Positions 40,752 through 52,298 of a stretch of 64,000 bases of DNA are shown in pieces. The first letter of the stretch is position 1; every line of letters begins with the position of its first letter. The DNA is from an uncultured Gammaproteobacteria bacterium (lineage in GTDB: Bacteria > Patescibacteriota > Microgenomatia > Levybacterales > UBA12049): positions 291,425 to 355,424 of the forward strand of contig CAZCCG010000001.1 in the NCBI GenBank assembly GCA_964497535.1, written 5' to 3'. The notes below the pieces were generated by a model. The model was not told where the DNA came from. It did no database searches and saw nothing but the letters and a program-made list of their open reading frames with translations. Position numbers and translations under genes: made by a program.

Positions 40752-43086
40752 TTGTAGAGATAAGGATCTGTATGTTTTGTGCAGATAAAGGAAGTTTTTT
40801 CGGTAAAAATGAGAGATTGGGTTGTAACGTAATATCTACTGATTTTACCTGGTCAATTTTTTCAAGGATAGTCTTGGCTTCATCAAAGGATTTACCCGCA
40901 ATTTCTTTCGTTAGTGACGAAATATCAATATGAGGAAGTAAATGCGCTTTCAGAATCAGGGTGCCATTGATTGTTTTATCTTTATTTTCTTTGACATCTT
41001 TTACGTCTTGTTCAATACCGCTTGAGGTGAGAATCATATTGTTCATATCATCATGCAATACAGATTGTGCAAAACTTTTGGCCGTGTCTTTGGAATAGAT
41101 AAAGGCATCATAGGATACGGTACCGGTGAGGGATACTGATGTTGCTTCATCACCAATTTTTTTACTCAGTGACTGATTTTCTATTGTTGTTGAATATGGA
41201 AGAGGAAGAAGTATTTTATCTGCAGAAATCTTGCCGGCAAGATCATTTTTTGCTTTTTCTTCAAGCTTATCCGTCAAATCTGAAGTTAAACCATCGACAT
41301 CTTTTTTTGAAACGACGGTGACGTCTTTCTTACTTCCGCCGGAAAAAGCACTATCATTTTTTGCCTCAACTGAAGATCTGTCAAAGTCTCCCACCGAAAA
41401 CTTTGTTCCTGAAGGAATATTATAATCTTTTCCGATGTTTTTTGCGGTTACCGATGCTTGAATGCTTTTTATATCGCTTACTCCTGAGCTTGAAGCAAGA
41501 TTAACCGAATTATCCAATACAAAATCCAAACCATTTGAAGAGGTAATAATAGTTCCGCTTGGAATTGATTGAGATTTAGTTGATGAGCTTAAAATAGTAA
41601 CACTTCCTTTTGCTTTATCTCCAATTTCTTTTTTTCCTGTTACCGGTGCTGATACTGTGCCATTTTCCGTGACTGAAGCTGTTTCTATCTGAATGCTATT
41701 TTTGTCTCCTTGTGTAGAATCGGGTGTAAATACTACGGCTGTTTCTTTCTCAATATCTTTTGGAATCACATGCAGTTGTATTGAAGCTTTTAGAGTTGTT
41801 AGATACAGTATTACGAGTCCAATACAAATAATAAGAATTAATGGAGGTATAAAGATAAGTTTATTGCCACGGCCTCCTGGGATTGCAAAAAGGAATGACG
41901 GTTTTGAAATTGATATTTTTCTTAGTCGTGCAGTAAATCCTTGCATAGTACTGCTCAAAACCTCGACAATATGGGAGCCTGGTTTTTCTTTTTTCTGAAA
42001 TGAATTTTTGTCTGAGATCTCCGGAGAAGAAATCTCAGGTTGATGATGCTTTGCATCTTGGGTGCCATGGATTACAAAATCATGACTTTTCTTCGTTAGT
42101 AGTTCTTCCGGTATTGCCGTTTGGGCTTCAGCTACTGCTTCTGTTGCAACATCTTTTTCCGTTACGAAGCCGAATTCATTGGCATCACTTAACTCTTCTT
42201 CATGTGTTTCCTTATGTGTATCTTTTTTTTCTTGTGCAAGAGAGTGTGACGATGCTTTTTCTTCCTCTAAGGGTTGGGTTGATTGATTTTCATCATCAAC
42301 GGAAGTAATATGTTTAATTGCTCCAATATCATGAGGGACAGAAAAACCCATTTGTGTTGCTGCTCCAAAAACAAGTGCTTTTTCATCAAAACTTTCCGGC
42401 AGGATTGTAATTTGAGGGATATGGAGAAATGGTAGACTTTTACTCCACTTGTGTTGAATAAGCTCTTGAGACAATTCATTCTCAAACCCGTTTTCTACAA
42501 TGATTCGTGCAGGTAACACCTGGTAATTGGTAAAATAATGAAGAATCTTATCAGTTGTTTGGGAAATTGATTCTTCCAAAGCACCATGATGAGTTTCAAT
42601 TACTTTGCCTGCCCGTAGCAAAGATACTACTAAATCTTTTTTTTGGATTTCAACATATATTGCTGATACAGGGGCACCTTCCTCGCTTTGAAGCAATTTA
42701 GAAATTGCTTCATTAATAACAATAAACCCAATAGGTATTAGTCCTAACACATCACAGGCTTTTTTGAGTTTTGATAAATAATTTTTCTTTATTTTATTTT
42801 CTTCGATCCAATCTTCTTTTACCCCAAATAGAGTTTTTTGGGTTTCAATTTTGGGAGGAAGGTTACTTTCTGCTGTAGAAATCACTTTATCTAAAATATC
42901 GAGGAACGCTTCTTGATCAACTGTTTCTATAGGAGTTGGAAATGCCTCGTGATGTTTGCCAATAATATGAAGTTGTCCTTCCACCTCACGGAAAATAACT
43001 GCATTTGCACTATCTTCTTTGAGAAGTAATATCAAAAAATATTCAGACTTTTCTTTTTTCTCTTTATTTAAGAAGGGCAGTTTCAT
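40744..43086 (-). CDS. CPR membrane protein with actin-like N domain and baseplate-J/gp47-like C domain
   Basis: TLFGVKEDW/PIGFIV..EAI N domain, acidic linker, central TM, TGKK.IG.KAKG.V...IPSGT...G.DYNI...FSGG. Confidence 0.6.
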   Translation of the reverse strand: MKLPFLNKEKKEKSEYFLILLLKEDSANAVIFREVEGQLHIIGKHHEAFPTPIETVDQEAFLDILDKVISTAESNLPPKIETQKTLFGVKEDWIEENKIKKNYLSKLKKACDVLGLIPIGFIVINEAISKLLQSEEGAPVSAIYVEIQKKDLVVSLLRAGKVIETHHGALEESISQTTDKILHYFTNYQVLPARIIVENGFENELSQELIQHKWSKSLPFLHIPQITILPESFDEKALVFGAATQMGFSVPHDIGAIKHITSVDDENQSTQPLEEEKASSHSLAQEKKDTHKETHEEELSDANEFGFVTEKDVATEAVAEAQTAIPEELLTKKSHDFVIHGTQDAKHHQPEISSPEISDKNSFQKKEKPGSHIVEVLSSTMQGFTARLRKISISKPSFLFAIPGGRGNKLIFIPPLILIICIGLVILYLTTLKASIQLHVIPKDIEKETAVVFTPDSTQGDKNSIQIETASVTENGTVSAPVTGKKEIGDKAKGSVTILSSSTKSQSIPSGTIITSSNGLDFVLDNSVNLASSSGVSDIKSIQASVTAKNIGKDYNIPSGTKFSVGDFDRSSVEAKNDSAFSGGSKKDVTVVSKKDVDGLTSDLTDKLEEKAKNDLAGKISADKILLPLPYSTTIENQSLSKKIGDEATSVSLTGTVSYDAFIYSKDTAKSFAQSVLHDDMNNMILTSSGIEQDVKDVKENKDKTINGTLILKAHLLPHIDISSLTKEIAGKSFDEAKTILEKIDQVKSVDITLQPNLSFLPKKLPLSAQNIQILISTNE

Positions 43087-43090
43087 ATAT

Positions 43091-43157
43091 AGTTCAAAAT
43101 TATGGTATCTTTATAAATAAAGTACCATAGCTTTTAATTTTTCACTTTAAACTTTTA
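43091..43157. repeat. Palindromic dispersed repeat (element G), homologous to 58907-58972
   Basis: tatggta-t-ctttat-aa-ataaag-taccata hairpin with periodic arms; about 54/67 identity to the second copy by manual alignment. Confidence 0.85.
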
Positions 43158-45035
43158 ATTTCCTGTCTTGGCGTATAGTCTTTGTTTGCCTACGCCAATA
43201 GTTTCCTGTTTTATTATCTTAAAACTTTTTAGCTTCGATGTAAACTCAACGTGTGGACCTCCGCAAAATTCCACTGAATATGCCTGATTTCGATTATCTT
43301 TAGTTCCATCACCAATGAAGTAAATTTTTACTTTATCACCATAGGTATCAACAAAAAGCCCTATTGCACCAATGTTATCTGCTTCCTCTTTTGTCATAAT
43401 TTCAAAATGGACCGGTAGGTTCTCTTTTATTTTTTGATTAACCATATCCTCCAGGTACTTTATTTGATCAATAGTTAATTTTTTGTCATAGTTAAAGTCA
43501 AATCGAAGCCTTTCAGTTGTTATATTTGATCCGCTTTGATGGACATGGGTGCCCAGCATATCCCGGATTGCTTGATGAAGTAGATGGGTGGCAGTGTGGC
43601 CCATGATTGTCTGTTCTTGATGATCTGCAAGTCCTCCTTTAAATTTGTGTTCTGCTCCTTTTCGGGAAAGCTTCTGGTGTCCTTCCATCTTTTCTGCAAA
43701 TGTCTGGTCGTCAAAACTATATCCTAAGCTTTTTATTTGAGTTGGTGAAAGCCCATGGGTAGTATAGAGAACAAATGCGTCATCGGCTGAGATTTCTTTG
43801 ACTCCCATTAATTCATCTCCCATTTTTACTTGTCCTGAGGGGGTCGTTGGATAGTTTTTCTCTATAAAGCGTTTTGCTTCTGTTTTTGTTTTTTCATATT
43901 TTGCAGTCTCCTCAAGAATAGTATTTTTTATAAATTCATAATCTAATCCTGGATCAGTTTTGCTATATTCCTCAAGTATCCCTTCTAGAATAGACGATAT
44001 GCTGGCATTATTACTACTTGAAAGTAAATGTAGGTTATCAAGTCCTCGTCTGATAAGCCGTCTGAGAATATATCCCTGTTCTTTATTTGAAGGAACTATT
44101 CGAGCATTGGTAATAAAGGATGCTGCAATAAAATGATCGGCAATAATTCTCATTATTTCTTGATGAGAGGCATAGTCTTTTTTGGTTGCAGCTTCTATAG
44201 ATCGAATAATTGGTTTGAGCAAGCTTGTTTGAAACACATCTTGTTGATTCTCAACGGCTGCGAGAAGTCGTTCCAGTCCACCGCCGAAATCAACATTTCT
44301 TTGGGGTAATTCTTTAAAACTTCCGTCTTTTTGTTTTTGGTACTGCATAAAGACCGAATTCCCTATTTCCATAAATCTTCCACAATCACAATTCACATGG
44401 CATTTTTCGTTTTTAAACTTACTTTTCTCATGAATCTTTAGATCCTTACCGAAGTCATAAAACACTTCCGAATCTGGTCCCCCCGGTTCTCCAACGGGCA
44501 TCTTGTCTGGTATTCCAGATCGTGACCACCAGTTTTTTTCAACACCATAGGTAAAAATTCGTTCGCCAATTTTTGCATCAATGCCTTTATTTGCAAAAAC
44601 TTCTTTCCATAGAGCTATACTTTCATCATCTTTTGGAACATCCTTATTTCCTTCAAATACGGTTACATAGAGATTCTTGGGATCAAGTCCCAAACCATTA
44701 TTGGAATCGGTAAGAAATTCAAAAAACCAGGGGATTTGTTCCTTTTTAAAATAATCACCGAGGGACCAGTTTCCCAACATGCGGAAAAAGGTAGTATGCC
44801 GATTGTCGCCAATCTCCTCAATATCCTGGGCACGGAAGCTATTTTGAACATTGACCAATCGCTTACCATGCGGGTGGGTTTCTCCCAATAAATAGGGTAC
44901 TAACGGCTGCATGCCTGAGCTGGTAAAAAGCGTTGTAGGGTCGTTCTGGGGAATCAGAGGAGCATTTTCAATTCTGGTGTGGCCATTTTGCTCAAAAAAT
45001 GTGATATATTTTTTGATAATATCCGAAGCTGTCAT
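43155..45035 (-). CDS. alaS: Alanine--tRNA ligase (lacks C-Ala domain)
   Basis: DPTTLFTSSGMQP, HTTFF.MLGNWS, DFGGGLERL, HTATHLL, EFCGGPH. Confidence 0.96.
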   Translation of the reverse strand: MTASDIIKKYITFFEQNGHTRIENAPLIPQNDPTTLFTSSGMQPLVPYLLGETHPHGKRLVNVQNSFRAQDIEEIGDNRHTTFFRMLGNWSLGDYFKKEQIPWFFEFLTDSNNGLGLDPKNLYVTVFEGNKDVPKDDESIALWKEVFANKGIDAKIGERIFTYGVEKNWWSRSGIPDKMPVGEPGGPDSEVFYDFGKDLKIHEKSKFKNEKCHVNCDCGRFMEIGNSVFMQYQKQKDGSFKELPQRNVDFGGGLERLLAAVENQQDVFQTSLLKPIIRSIEAATKKDYASHQEIMRIIADHFIAASFITNARIVPSNKEQGYILRRLIRRGLDNLHLLSSSNNASISSILEGILEEYSKTDPGLDYEFIKNTILEETAKYEKTKTEAKRFIEKNYPTTPSGQVKMGDELMGVKEISADDAFVLYTTHGLSPTQIKSLGYSFDDQTFAEKMEGHQKLSRKGAEHKFKGGLADHQEQTIMGHTATHLLHQAIRDMLGTHVHQSGSNITTERLRFDFNYDKKLTIDQIKYLEDMVNQKIKENLPVHFEIMTKEEADNIGAIGLFVDTYGDKVKIYFIGDGTKDNRNQAYSVEFCGGPHVEFTSKLKSFKIIKQETIGVGKQRLYAKTGN

Positions 45036-45223
45036 ATCAATCTATTATAGCACAAGAGGACACAAAGCCAGGATCAAACCGGGCTAGGTATTGACAAAGC
45101 TAAATAGGTATGATATACATAAGAGACTTTAATCTTGAAAAAAGATTTGAAGGGTGGTTCACCTGGATTTTTTTTGTTGTATAAGGCCACTATAGCTGCT
45201 GTTTATAAATTTCGTTGTCGCCA

Positions 45224-48200
45224 ATGCCAAAGATTGCTAAAGACTCACTATCACGAGAAAATTGGGGGAAACAATACTCTGCCTTACCCACACTTGACTT
45301 GCTTGCTGTACAAAAAGAATCATACAAATGGTTCTTAGATCATGCCATTGGGCAGATACTGCAGGAAATATCTCCTATAGACGATTTTACTGAAAAAAAC
45401 TGGAGTCTGGCCTTGCAAGACTATCGTATTGGAAATCCTACTATTACTCCTGATACCGCACTTCTGAAAGGTCTTACATTTGATGCCCCTCTCTATGTAA
45501 ATACCGTTCTTACCAATAAAAAAACCGGAAAGTCTCAAAAAGCAGAGGTTTTTTTAGGTGATATTCCTCAGATGACTGAGCAAGGAACCTTTGTTATCAA
45601 TGGTATTGAAAGAGCTGTTGTAAACCAAGTAGTACGATCTCCTGGCGTCTTCTTTACTGCTACTCAAGATCCTGTTACCGGAAAAACTCTGTATAATGCA
45701 GAAATTCGTCCAGTTCACGGTTCATGGCTTGAATTCTCAACAACTCGACACGGAACAATTTCAGTCAAGATCGATCGAAGACGAAAGTTTTTGGCCACCA
45801 CTTTTTTGCGAGCACTCGGAGTGTCAACAAATGAAGATATTAAAGAAAAATTCCAGAGTGTTGAAGATACAGAGCATTTTATTGAAACAACGCTGGGAAA
45901 AGATGAGACAAGTGGTCAAACAGATGCTTCTGTAGAAATTTTTAGAAAAATGCATCCAGGTGAACCTGTTGTTTTGGAAAAGGTTATTGAAAATTTTAAT
46001 GGACTCTTCTTTAATAACAGACGATACGATTTGGGAAGAGTTGGCAGATATAAGATGAATAAAAAATTAGCTGCAATTGCAGGATTTGCTGCGTCAGATC
46101 TGCATGTTCTTACTGTAGACGATATCATCGGTACAATAGCTTATCTTATCGGGCTCAACAGTGGGAAGGGAAGTATTGATGATATTGATAGTTTATCAAA
46201 TAGACGAGTAAGAAGCGTTGGAGAATTGGTTGCAAGCACCGCATTCCGTGTTGGAATACTCAGACTTGAGAGAAGCATCAAAGAAAGAATGAGCTTGCTC
46301 CAACTCGATGCTCCTGTTGCCGTATCAAGCCTGATCAACGCAAGACCAATCATGGCTGCTATTAATGAGTTTTTCCGAACATCTCAACTTTCCACAATTC
46401 TGGATCAGACCAATCCTCTTTCAGAAGTAGATAATTTGCGCCGTTTAACCGTTATGGGATCAGGTGGAATTTCCAGGGAACGAGCAGCATTTTCAATTCG
46501 AGACATCAATAGCTCTCAATATGGAAGGATTTGCCCAATTCGAAGTCCCGAAGGGCCAAATATTGGCCTTGTTACCTATATGGCTTTGTATTCCAAAATT
46601 AATGAATATGGATTTCTGGAAGCTCCCTATAGAAGAGTAATAAAAGAAAAAAGAAATGGTAAAACTGTTATGAAAGCCACTGATGAAATTGTCTATATGG
46701 CAGCCGATGACGAGCGTGAACATTACATCACTCATGCAATGGCACTTTCCGATGATAATACCATTACCAATGAACGTGTTGCCGCCAGATATAAAGGAGA
46801 ATTTATTGAGACGGAACGGGAAAATATTGAATATGTTGATATTGCTCCTCAAGAAGTAGTTGGCACTGCAGCGTCTCTTATTCCATTTGTTAGCCATGAT
46901 GAGGCAAACCGTGCGTTGATGGGAACTCACATGCAATGTCAAGCAGTACCATTGGTAAAACCGGCAAGTCCTATTGTAGGCACCGGAATGGAGGCTGTTG
47001 TATCTGCAATCATGCAGCGAGTTGTAAGTGCCCCTGAAGATGGAGAAGTAAATTATGTAGATGCAACTACAATTGAATTCATCAACAAAAAAGGACAAAA
47101 AACAGTTTATCCTATTGCTTCATTTAAAAGAACCTCTGCAGCAACAGCCTATACTCAAAAGGCAGTTGTCCGAGCAGGACAAAAAGTAAAAAAAGGAGAT
47201 ATCCTTATCGATGGTCCCGCCTCGGATAATGGTGAATTGGCTTTGGGACAAAACCTTGTTATTGCCTATGCATCAATTGATGGATTGGGATACGAAGACG
47301 CTATCGTTATCTCCGACCGACTAGTGAAAGAAGACATCCTTTCATCAATTCACATTGAAAAATATGAGGCATCTGTTGTTGAGACAAAACTCGGCCCTGA
47401 AGAGACAACTCGCGACATTCCCAATGTGGCTGAAGATGGCCTTATGCATTTGGATGAGGAAGGTATTGTCGTTGTAGGGTCAGAAGTTGAACCGGGCGAT
47501 ATCATTGTTGGGAAAATTGCTCCAAAAGGCGAAACTGAGCTTACTGCTGAAGAGCGTCTGCTTCGAGCAATTTTTGGGGAACAAGCACGAGAGGTTCGGG
47601 ATACCAGTCTTCGTATGCCTCATGGAGAACGGGGAACAATTATTGGTGTACAGATCTTAGATCGCAAACGAGGAGATGAACTTGAGCCGGGAACACTTCG
47701 CAAAATTATTGTCGAAGTAGCACAATTTAGACATGTAGTTGTCGGGGATAAATTGGCAGGACGACATGGTAATAAAGGGGTTATCTCCAAAATATTGCCG
47801 GCGTCTGATATGCCGTATCTTGGTGATGGAACCCCGGTTGATATTGTTATCTCTCCAATCTCAGTGTTGGCTCGTATGAATTTGGGACAATTATTGGAGG
47901 CACATTTGGGTTTTGCAGCGCAAAAAATGAACATGAAAATTGGTGCTCCTGTATTTGAATCAATAAAAGAGGAAAAAATTGTTGATTTGCTCAGACAAGC
48001 AGGGTTAAGTCAAAATGGGAAAACTGTTCTCTATGATGGCAGAAGCGGAGAACCATTTGAAAATCAAGTAGTCGTCGGTATTGAATATATGATGAAGCTG
48101 ATTCACATGGTTGAAGATAAGACTCATGCACGCTCAACCGGACCATATTCACTCGTTACCCAGCAACCACTTGGTGGAAAAGCCCAAATGGGAGGACAAC

Positions 48201-48577
48201 GTCTTGGAGAAATGGAAGTATGGGCTCTTGAGGCACATCGAGCCCGATATATCCTGCAAGAGATGTTAACCATCAAATCAGACGATGTAGTCGGTCGTGC
48301 CAAAGCATTTGAAGCTATTGTAAAAGGTACCGATATTCCAACTCCGAAAGTTCCTGAATCATTCAAAGTATTGGTCAAAGAACTTCAGGCATTGGGTTTG
48401 AATGTTGTCCCCACCGGTGCGCAGTTGTATGCAGATTCAAAAGATACTATAATCGAGAACAAAGCAGAAGAACTGGTGGAAGGTGAAGCAAAAGAGCTTC
48501 AAGAAGAACTCGGAGGAGAACAAGTCATGAATACTCAGGATGCAGCAGAAGGAGGAGTAGAAATAACAAATGAATAA
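45224..48577 (+). CDS. rpoB: RNA polymerase beta subunit
   Basis: GDKLAGRHGNKG, GGQRLGEME, PESFKVL. Confidence 0.99.
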   Translation: MPKIAKDSLSRENWGKQYSALPTLDLLAVQKESYKWFLDHAIGQILQEISPIDDFTEKNWSLALQDYRIGNPTITPDTALLKGLTFDAPLYVNTVLTNKKTGKSQKAEVFLGDIPQMTEQGTFVINGIERAVVNQVVRSPGVFFTATQDPVTGKTLYNAEIRPVHGSWLEFSTTRHGTISVKIDRRRKFLATTFLRALGVSTNEDIKEKFQSVEDTEHFIETTLGKDETSGQTDASVEIFRKMHPGEPVVLEKVIENFNGLFFNNRRYDLGRVGRYKMNKKLAAIAGFAASDLHVLTVDDIIGTIAYLIGLNSGKGSIDDIDSLSNRRVRSVGELVASTAFRVGILRLERSIKERMSLLQLDAPVAVSSLINARPIMAAINEFFRTSQLSTILDQTNPLSEVDNLRRLTVMGSGGISRERAAFSIRDINSSQYGRICPIRSPEGPNIGLVTYMALYSKINEYGFLEAPYRRVIKEKRNGKTVMKATDEIVYMAADDEREHYITHAMALSDDNTITNERVAARYKGEFIETERENIEYVDIAPQEVVGTAASLIPFVSHDEANRALMGTHMQCQAVPLVKPASPIVGTGMEAVVSAIMQRVVSAPEDGEVNYVDATTIEFINKKGQKTVYPIASFKRTSAATAYTQKAVVRAGQKVKKGDILIDGPASDNGELALGQNLVIAYASIDGLGYEDAIVISDRLVKEDILSSIHIEKYEASVVETKLGPEETTRDIPNVAEDGLMHLDEEGIVVVGSEVEPGDIIVGKIAPKGETELTAEERLLRAIFGEQAREVRDTSLRMPHGERGTIIGVQILDRKRGDELEPGTLRKIIVEVAQFRHVVVGDKLAGRHGNKGVISKILPASDMPYLGDGTPVDIVISPISVLARMNLGQLLEAHLGFAAQKMNMKIGAPVFESIKEEKIVDLLRQAGLSQNGKTVLYDGRSGEPFENQVVVGIEYMMKLIHMVEDKTHARSTGPYSLVTQQPLGGKAQMGGQRLGEMEVWALEAHRARYILQEMLTIKSDDVVGRAKAFEAIVKGTDIPTPKVPESFKVLVKELQALGLNVVPTGAQLYADSKDTIIENKAEELVEGEAKELQEELGGEQVMNTQDAAEGGVEITNE

Positions 48578-51500
48578 CGAATCTATATCAGCACAAAGAA
48601 TGAAAGATCCTACATTTGTCGATTTTAAATCGTTGAATATTTTACTTGCCAATAAGGATGATATTATCGGGTGGTCTCATGGTGAGGTAACAAAGCCTGA
48701 GACAATTAACTATCGAACCCTTCGTCCTGAAAAAGACGGACTTTTTGATGAACGAATCTTTGGCCCAACCAAAGATTGGGAATGTTACTGTGGAAAATAC
48801 AAGAGAATTCGCTATAAGGGGATCATTTGCGACAAATGCGGAGTGGAAGTAACTCTTTCCCGTGTTCGAAGAGAACGTATGGGGCATATCGGTCTTGCAA
48901 CTCCCGTTGCTCATGTATGGTTTTTCAAAGGATCATCTTCAGCACTCTCCTTGATATTGGATATTTCTCAAAAGAACCTAGAATCTGTTATCTATTATGC
49001 ATCTCATTTGGTTATCGGAGTTGATGAAGAGAAGAAAAAACAGGCGCTTGAAACATTCATGAAAGCAATTGAGAAACGTCAAGAGCTTCAAACTGAAGAA
49101 AAAACAAAAGAATTGGAAAAGATTGACGAAGAAATAGAGCAGAAATTGCAAGATACTGAGAAAAGCAAAGTTCCTCAAGATCAAAAAGCATTGATTCGTC
49201 AGGAATTAGACTTAACCAAAAGACAACGTACCGTTCGGTTGAACGAACGATATGAAGGAGAAGCAAAAAAACTTGATGAAATTGCCAATTTGATGGCGAC
49301 ACTGCTTAAGAACCTGAAGGTTGGCAGTGTTATTTCAGAAGATGAGTATTTTAAGCTGTTGGAATATGACATTCCTATTTTCTTCACGATGAAAACCGGC
49401 GCTGAAGCTTTGATGGATTTGTTGGAAGAGATTGATTTCAATGCCTTAATCGTTCAACTCCGACAGGAAGCAGAAAAATCAAGTGGCGCCAAATACCTCA
49501 AACTTATCAAGAGACTGAGATTGATTGAATCTATGAAAAAAGCAGGAATTTCTCTCTCTTCAGTTGTTCTGACATCACTTCCGGTTATCCCGCCTGATCT
49601 GCGGCCAATGGTACAACTAGCAGGAGGACGATTTGCTACGTCTGATCTCAATGATTTGTACAGACGGGTTATTAACAGAAATAATCGGTTGAAGCATCTT
49701 CTGAGTTTGGGAGCACCGGAGATTATTCTTCGCAATGAAAAACGAATGCTTCAGGAATCTGTTGATTCATTAATTGATGCATCTCAACGCGGAGTAAAAA
49801 CCATCGCAGCACCACTTCGATCTCTTTCTGATATGCTTCGAGGCAAACAAGGACGATTTAGACAGAACTTGTTAGGTAAGCGTGTTGATTATTCAGGACG
49901 GTCAGTTATTGTCGTTGGTCCTGAACTTTCACTGTCTCAGTGTGGGCTTCCCAAAGAGATGGCTCTTGAGATGTTTAAACCCTTTGTTTTGCGAGAAGTC
50001 ATTGTAAGAGGATATGCTCCAAATATTAAAAGCGCAAAGCGCTTTATCGAAAAACGACCACCGGAAGTATTTGATATCTTAGAAGAAATCACCAAAAACC
50101 ACCCGGTTTTGCTCAATCGTGCTCCAACCCTGCACAAACTTGGTATGCAGGCCTTTTTCCCGGTTCTGATAGAAGGTGCAGCAATTCAGCTGCATCCTTG
50201 TGTCTGTTCCGGTTATAATGCAGATTTTGACGGAGATCAAATGGCTGTTCATATTCCTCTTTCACAAAAAGCACAGGCAGAGGCAATAAGCCTTATGATG
50301 CCGATGCACAATTTACTCAAACCGGCCGATGGAAGTCCGATCACTCTTCCCAACAAAGAAATGGCTTTGGGTGTATATTTCTTAACAACTCTTGATGAAA
50401 CCTCCCGTAATCAAGATATGTCGACATTTTCAGACCAGAATGAGGCGCACTTAGCATATTCATTGGGTAAAATCAGGCTTCGACAACCAGTTTCAGTCCG
50501 AATTAATGAATCAGTTGTTGAAACTACTGTAGGTAGGCTTCTTCTCAACGAGCGATTGCCAAAAATACTTGGATTTATTAATGAGCCGATAAAAGCATCA
50601 GGAATCAGAAAAATTATCGAGAAGGCATTGCGTATTTGTTCATCTGAAGAAGTAGCAAAAATGATTGACAATATAAAATCTCTCGGGTTTTATGGGACTA
50701 CCATTTCAGGAATTTCAGTATCAGTTTTTGATAATGAAATGATTCCACAAAAGGACGACTTAATTGAAGCGGCAGAAGGAAAAATTACGGTGATCGAGAA
50801 AGAATATCAACAGGGATTAATTACATTGGATGAAAAAAAGAGACTTTCCAATGATTTATGGCTTAAAACTACCGATGAAATGGCAGATCTTACCTGGAAT
50901 AATTTGAAAACAAGCAATGCGATCAAGACCATTATTGATTCAGAAGGTGCTCGAGCCGGAAAAGAGCAATTGAAACAACTTTCAGCAATGAGAGGACTTA
51001 TTCTCGATCCGTTGGGAAAGATCGTTGAGCTTCCGATTAAATCAAACTTCCGTGAAGGGCTTTCAGTATTTGAATATGTGGCTTCAGCTCGAGGATCTAG
51101 AAAAGGATTGACTGATTCGGCTTTGAAAACCGCCAACGCCGGGTATTTAACCCGAAGATTGGTTGACGTTTCTCACGATGTAATTGTCATCAAGGATGAT
51201 TGTGGTACCAAAGAAGGAATTCTGATTGCAGTAGCTGACAAAGACAGAGGACCGGCATTTCCATTGCGAATTCTAGGAAGAACTTCGGCAGAAGATGTTG
51301 TCGGAAAGAAAAGCCGAAAAGTTATTGTAAAAGCCGGAGAAGAAATTAATGAAGAAGCAGTCATCGCAATTGTTGAAGCAGGAATTACCGAAGTTATCAT
51401 TCGCTCACCACTGATGTGTAAACTTCCGTATGGAATTTGTGCTACCTGTTATGGATGGGATTTCTCAACCAGACAAACTGTTGAAATTGGTGTCCCAGTC

Positions 51501-52298
51501 GGAGTTGTAGCAGCACAAAGTATTGGAGAACCAGGAACTCAGCTTACCATGCGTGTTCGCCATTTCGGAGGAGTCGTTATGTCTGACGTTACCCAAGGGT
51601 TACCTCGCGTTGAAGAAGTGTTTGAAATGAGAACACCCAAAAACCTTGCTCCAGTCTCTGAAATTACCGGACGAGTCAAAATAGAAACAACAGATGATGG
51701 ATATATCATTCGTGTGAGAAATAGCAAGATCAAACCAGTTGAAGAACGAGAATACTTTGTCCCGCTTGCCGCAACAATTGCTGTTGAAGATGGACAAGAA
51801 TTGTCAGCAGGAACACCCCTTTCAGAAGGATATTTGGATCCAAAGGAAGTATTAAAAGTTGAAGGACTTTTGCAAGCACAACGATATCTGATTACTGAAG
51901 TCCAAAAAGTATATGAAGCACAAGGAATTCAAATTAATGATAAGCATTTTGAGGTAATTGTTCGAAAAATGTCTGATAAAGTTATTATTGAAACAGTTGG
52001 AGATACGTCTCTCATTCCAGGAGACTTTATTACCAAGACAAAATTTGACGAAATGAATGCTGAGATACTTTCTCAAGGTGGAGAACCGGCAACCGGACGA
52101 CAAGTTATCTTGGGAATCACCAAAGCATCATTATTCTCAGATTCATGGCTTTCAGCCGCATCATTCCAAGAAACTACTAAAGTTTTGACAGAAGCTGCTT
52201 TGGAAGGACGAGAAGATAAGTTGATTGGACTTAAAGAAAATGTTATTATCGGGCGACTTATCCCGGTTGATAAATCCTCCTTTGAAGAGGTACAATAA
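48570..52298 (+). CDS. rpoC: RNA polymerase beta' subunit
   Basis: [30 protein letters not shown]. Confidence 0.99.
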   Translation: MNNESISAQRMKDPTFVDFKSLNILLANKDDIIGWSHGEVTKPETINYRTLRPEKDGLFDERIFGPTKDWECYCGKYKRIRYKGIICDKCGVEVTLSRVRRERMGHIGLATPVAHVWFFKGSSSALSLILDISQKNLESVIYYASHLVIGVDEEKKKQALETFMKAIEKRQELQTEEKTKELEKIDEEIEQKLQDTEKSKVPQDQKALIRQELDLTKRQRTVRLNERYEGEAKKLDEIANLMATLLKNLKVGSVISEDEYFKLLEYDIPIFFTMKTGAEALMDLLEEIDFNALIVQLRQEAEKSSGAKYLKLIKRLRLIESMKKAGISLSSVVLTSLPVIPPDLRPMVQLAGGRFATSDLNDLYRRVINRNNRLKHLLSLGAPEIILRNEKRMLQESVDSLIDASQRGVKTIAAPLRSLSDMLRGKQGRFRQNLLGKRVDYSGRSVIVVGPELSLSQCGLPKEMALEMFKPFVLREVIVRGYAPNIKSAKRFIEKRPPEVFDILEEITKNHPVLLNRAPTLHKLGMQAFFPVLIEGAAIQLHPCVCSGYNADFDGDQMAVHIPLSQKAQAEAISLMMPMHNLLKPADGSPITLPNKEMALGVYFLTTLDETSRNQDMSTFSDQNEAHLAYSLGKIRLRQPVSVRINESVVETTVGRLLLNERLPKILGFINEPIKASGIRKIIEKALRICSSEEVAKMIDNIKSLGFYGTTISGISVSVFDNEMIPQKDDLIEAAEGKITVIEKEYQQGLITLDEKKRLSNDLWLKTTDEMADLTWNNLKTSNAIKTIIDSEGARAGKEQLKQLSAMRGLILDPLGKIVELPIKSNFREGLSVFEYVASARGSRKGLTDSALKTANAGYLTRRLVDVSHDVIVIKDDCGTKEGILIAVADKDRGPAFPLRILGRTSAEDVVGKKSRKVIVKAGEEINEEAVIAIVEAGITEVIIRSPLMCKLPYGICATCYGWDFSTRQTVEIGVPVGVVAAQSIGEPGTQLTMRVRHFGGVVMSDVTQGLPRVEEVFEMRTPKNLAPVSEITGRVKIETTDDGYIIRVRNSKIKPVEEREYFVPLAATIAVEDGQELSAGTPLSEGYLDPKEVLKVEGLLQAQRYLITEVQKVYEAQGIQINDKHFEVIVRKMSDKVIIETVGDTSLIPGDFITKTKFDEMNAEILSQGGEPATGRQVILGITKASLFSDSWLSAASFQETTKVLTEAALEGREDKLIGLKENVIIGRLIPVDKSSFEEVQ

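Noticed and set aside
40744-43086. Prophage or contractile injection system suggested by the baseplate-like domain
   Set aside because: No sheath, tube, capsid, terminase or integrase genes nearby
43155-45035. Short AlaRS (and short IF2) as pseudogenes
   Set aside because: Clean ORFs with catalytic motifs intact; such truncations are typical of reduced CPR genomes
45130-45176. Attenuator in the rpoB leader (ggtg-gtt-cacc followed by a T-run)
   Set aside because: The stem is only 4-5 bp; too weak to support
46493-47098. 201-aa antisense ORF within rpoB (and similar nested or antisense ORFs, e.g. 55977-56543)
   Set aside because: Fully overlap well-supported genes and have no recognisable motifs
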